Shown here piece after piece: positions 59,342-64,000 of a stretch of 64,000 nt of DNA; the first letter of the stretch is position 1, and each line of letters begins with the position of its first letter. This stretch comes from Lingula anatina (taxonomy: Eukaryota > Animalia > Brachiopoda). Under the pieces are notes generated by a model, which was not told the DNA's origin, searched no databases, and worked only from the letters and a program-made list of their open reading frames with translations. The stretch spans positions 16,864,001-16,928,000 of the forward strand of contig CM120642.1 of NCBI GenBank assembly GCA_051362555.1, read 5' to 3'. Made by a program: the position numbers and the translations under genes.

Positions 59342-62324
59342 ATTTGCATAAGAATACTTCGCTCTGCTCAGTGCGAGTTGTCATCCGACTGGTCACTTGC
59401 CAGCTAGACCCTGTAAGAAGAGGACGCAGGACAGCCGTGGTGAGGTCACAGAGACGAACATTTCATTCAGCCTAGGACCCGGTGGAAATTGATTGAAGTA
59501 AATTTGTCTTGTGAGTAAATTTATGTCTACAAGTGTAAAAAAAAGTGGAAAGAAGTTGGATAATTGTGAATAATTCAGCTAGTGTCAGAGTAATTTCACC
59601 CCCTTTGTTATCAGCTGAGCTTTATAAGGTTTGGTATATACTCTTTGTCAGATGCTTGTTTCAATTTTGATTTTGTGTGTTGAGTTGAGACTCTTTGTCG
59701 CTTATCATTTAGTCGTTCTTTGCACCAAGGTAGGCCTACGGTTTTTAAAGCTTTTTATTTTAACTTTTTGGTGTTCTTACGGGTTCAAATGCTAGGTATA
59801 ATAATTTCCTTTAATAATTTTACACGTTGAATACTTCCAGTTTGTCTAGGAAGTTCATTGGACTTTGTAAGGGAAAGGCTTGATAATATCTAATAAATAG
59901 TACTGGTCATATTATTTCTTGTTATTATTTTCATTTCATTTTCTTTTCTTTTACTCGTATTTTACATTGTAAAGTCTATTGTTTGGATTTTAACTCAAAA
60001 GAAATGTTCTCCCTTTTCTTCTATTTTTTTCTTCTTATCATTATTATTATTATTATCTTATCGATTTGTGGAAATTGGTACAAAGCATTCATTAAAATAT
60101 GTTGTGGGACAGAAAGTTTTAAATCTTGATATACATTCCCTTTCATTCGACTTATAAACAGACACTGTTTGTGTTTGTGTATATTTTGATCACTGTGTCT
60201 GTCCCTGTCGTTGCCGTCGCGGTCCGAATACAAGTCCCTATATATAACTGCCAAAGCGTATGTTCATTTTACTTCAAATTTACTGAGTTCCATTGTTTGA
60301 TTAAAAATAAAACGCGCTTTTGCATCCCTACAAAATTCCTTTGTACGTCAATGATTACTATAGTAGTTTTGTCGCGAGATATTTTTTTAGCATTTTTGTT
60401 ATCAATCATTTTAGATTAACATTTTCTTTTTATGATCAAATAGTTATATTAAATTTTGTAATAAAGTTCACTCGGGTTTGGTACTAATGAAAGCGGCCTT
60501 AAATGGCCACAAGTCAAATTAAATATATATAATGTGTTCTTCCTTCTTCCGTTTAATTTGTATATTATTCCTTACACTACACGAGATATAACAAGGTTTC
60601 TCTTTGAAATGCTCCAATTTTTAACGAAAGCATTTTTTGTGTATACATAGTTCGGCGATGTTCTCCCCATAGGCCCTAAATACCAAATCCTACTTTTATT
60701 TTAGTTCAAATTTTTACTGAGTTGTATTGTATGATAATATGGCAGGTTATTTTTTTAAATCAGGATATCAGGCTATTTTTATGAAAGTCATGTTTTTTGT
60801 CTTTTCCTTTTTTCTTTCTTCCTTATTTTATTTGTTAATATTGCTGCAATGTGTTTTGTTGTTTGGTGTCTGTTTTTATGCTAGCTTTATTGTCTAATTA
60901 CTTTGGTGTTTAGTTAGTATAAGCGCATTTTTTCAAGATGACTACGTCTTTCTCTCTTAAGTTATTAAATATTAGTTCAATTATGTATTGAAATTTCATT
61001 TCAATATCGCTATAAAAACGTTTTATTATATTTCAGAACTGCCTGCAATTCGTCAGGATCCTGCAGAATACACTGCGTCTGATTGAACTCACCCGAGTCT
61101 TCTGGTCATATTATGGAACCTGACACAGACACGCACGCACGCGTCCGCTGTTACAGTACACACACTCACGTTCACACACACACACACACCACGCATTTAC
61201 ACACTCACGTTCACACAAACACTACACATTAAATATGCCGAAAATTGTCCGTGCTCTTACTGTGATTTTGATAAACTATTTCGGTGTATATATTATTATT
61301 TTTTATCTCAAATTGACAGCCTAGGGATTGATCTTGTTTATTTTGATTATAATTACCTCAGGGCAAGATCGGCTGCTTATGATTCTGTTTGAAACTCATT
61401 CATATTGTCTGCTTATGCCATAAATAATAGATGCCATTGGAGATTTCATTATCATTCCATCTCTTGTATCGTTAGTGTTGTGAGTAATCTATAAATATAA
61501 ATGCGCTTTGTTCATCTAAAAGGCACAGAAGTAAATTTTCTAAACTGAAACAAACCTTTGTGAATGGTAAAAAATGAAATAAGCACAATGTCTCCGTATT
61601 GAGACTATTGTTACAGATATGCAGTGGATTACGTTCATCACGAAATATGAATAAATAAATTCTGGATTTGCCTATTTTCAGATGTTAAACGGTATCATAT
61701 CCCTTCAAATAAAATGTTTTTTTTTTACCTCCCTCGGTTTGGTCTATACACAGTATAATATGTATACACTATATACAGTACAAATGGTATGTTACATGTC
61801 CATAGAATGACTCATTCTCTTTATTTATGATTTTTCAAATTTAGTTTGGTACCATTTTTTAGATAGTAAAAGTAAGACGCATGGAAATTAGTATTGATAT
61901 TTCAGTGCGTAAAGAAAAGTATTTCGGCACCACCCGAAATCGTGATGTTGACATGTCAAATATTCAGAAATGCCCAAATTTAAGGCCTGTGCTTTAAAAA
62001 AAATGGCAAACTAAGATGGATGACATTTTTTCAAATCTACATGTACTTATGACAAAAGTCCAATGCAACCAAATCTGTTCTAAGCGTGTTTCATGCCTTC
62101 AATATCTTTTATAATTTGACAATGTGTTATCTCTTGTTAATTCATGCTATTTCATATTTTCTTCAAGTTTTCGTAAAGGTTGTTATACAATAAAGAACAT
62201 ATTAAAACACGTTGTTTTGTAGTTTGCAATGAGTGCGATTTGTGCGACAGTTGAAACGAATCTAGTTGTACCATGGGCATTGGAAGATATGCAAGTGTGT
62301 TAAATGTGATGGGGTTTTGTAAAA

Positions 62325-63215
62325 TGAGTCCGTCTAATTTTGAGGAGTCACAGGTGGGGTGAGTCCATTCTCTAATTTTCAGGGGTTACACGCTGGACGG
62401 TCCATTGTTATTTTTAAGGGGTGGACCAGTCTACTATTATTTTGAGGGGTGACAGGTTGGTCGACTTTATTGTTATTTAAGAGGGGTGACAGGTTGGACC
62501 AGTCTACTATTATTTTAAGGGGTGACAGGCTGGGTGAGTCCATTGCTATTTTGAGGGGTGACAGGTTGGACCAGTCTACTATTCTTTTAAGGGGTGACAG
62601 GTTGGGTGAGTCCATTGCTATTTTTGAGGGGTGACAGGTTGGTCGCGTTCATTATTATTTAAGAGGGGTGACAGGTTGGTCGAGTCCATTCTTTCATACG
62701 AGGGGTGACAGGTTGGAAGAATCCATTGTTGCTTTGAGGGGTGACAGGTTGGGCCAGTCCATTCTTCAGTACGAGGGGTGACAGGTTGGAAGAATCCATT
62801 GTTACTTTGAGGGATGACAGGTTGGGCGAGTCCATTGTTATTTTTGAGGGGTAACAGGTTGGTCGAGTTCATTATTATCTATGAGGGGTGATAGGTTGGG
62901 CAAATCTATTAGTCATTTTGAGGGATGACGGGTTGGTCCAGTTCATTTTCATTAATGAGGGGTGACAGGTTGGGCAAGTCTATCAGTCATTTTGAGGGAT
63001 GCCAGGTTGAGCCGGTCCATTATTATGAGGGGTGACAGTGTGGTCGAGTCCATTCTTCAGTATGAGGGGCGAAATGTTGGAAGAATCCATTTTTACTTTG
63101 AGGGATGACAGGTTGGGCGAGTCCATTGCTTTTTTTGACAGGTGACAGGTTGGTCCATTCTTAAGTACCAGGGGTGGTAGGTGGTGAGAGTGCATTCTTG
63201 ACATAGAGGGGCGAC
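62325..63215. repeat. Minisatellite, ~37-38 bp unit, roughly two dozen copies
   Basis: Consensus approximately GAGGGGTGACAGGTTGGnnnAGTCCATT(G/A)TTATTTT; copies degenerate at both ends. Confidence 0.92.
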
Positions 63216-64000
63216 GGACAAAATGCCAAAATCATCCTATAATTAATAGGCAGGGTAACACACCAATAAGGCAGAGAGACAATATACAATTGATCTTACA
63301 ATTGGTTATTACATAATTTAACATTAAAGATATAACATCCTTATAGATAAAATTTTTCAAGATTATGCCCAATTATAAGATTTTCAGTCTTTATTTTGAT
63401 CATTATTTCAAGCCTTATTTTCAGAACATTCAGTTTTTACAATTCCCCCATGCATCATTTACCTTGCACTTGCAAGCGTGGAATTTAGAATTGGTACCAA
63501 ATATACATAAATTAATAAGAACTATATATGTTTCAGTTAGGCCAAATTTTGCACAGAACAGCAATTGTAATTCTTATATCATCAGTATGTTAAAAACTAA
63601 TATTTGCGAAATATTCAACTGTTGCCATTCAATAACCATGGTTCAAGGTTAAGGTTCCATATGAAATTAGAAAGTCGTCAAACATAAATAGATTTGCAGA
63701 TACCCAACGTTGTCTTAATTAAATTAAGGAAACTGATATTAAGGAGGATTAGCGAATTGGTTCAAATGGGTGTAAAAAACTGTCTTGCTATAAAACAAAA
63801 TTGACATTTTTTTACAAAGCAAGATTGTAAATTTCCACAAACTGAAATGATAAATGTTTTTTGTTGAAAAGATTTAAGGTTATATTCTTTCAGCAGGTCA
63901 AGACACTTTTAATGCGCTAATTCCATTTTTTTTTACAAAATACTTGGTAAAGTTTTAGATTTAAACCATTTCATATCTCAATATACCATAGAAAACTGTC

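Noticed and set aside
62379-63204. Repetitive ORFs (NLSPLK...)
   Set aside because: Products of the minisatellite, broken by frameshifts.
62325-63215. CRISPR-like repeat/spacer array
   Set aside because: The variable halves are related to each other rather than unique spacers, there are no cas genes, and the context is eukaryotic. It is a minisatellite.

Overview
AT-rich, intron-containing animal genomic DNA, most likely an invertebrate (possibly lophotrochozoan; the taxon cannot be proven from the sequence). Four protein-coding genes can be built by hand. (1) The 3' part of LARP1 (+, 16 visible exons, La motif, PAM2, DM15, long 3' UTR). (2) A complete 15-exon cytoplasmic arginyl-tRNA synthetase RARS1 (-, 661 aa), convergent with LARP1. 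(3) An atypical rhodopsin-like 7TM receptor with an intronless CDS and a ~350-aa third intracellular loop, nested antisense in a 23-kb RARS1 intron. (4) AKAP17A/XE7 (+), head-to-head with RARS1 across a very small bidirectional promoter. The introns are full of non-autonomous DNA transposons: CAG..CTG elements with 5-6 bp TSDs, Harbinger/Tourist-like palindromes, TTAA Kolobok-like elements, a MULE-like and a TA-TSD element. There is also a three-layer nested transposon, an LTR-like remnant and a 37-38 bp minisatellite. No rRNA, tRNA or CRISPR was seen. The most unusual items are the nested non-canonical GPCR, the triplicated LARP1 splice acceptor, the 56-nt RARS1/AKAP17A start-codon gap, and the Kolobok>MULE>LINE nest.
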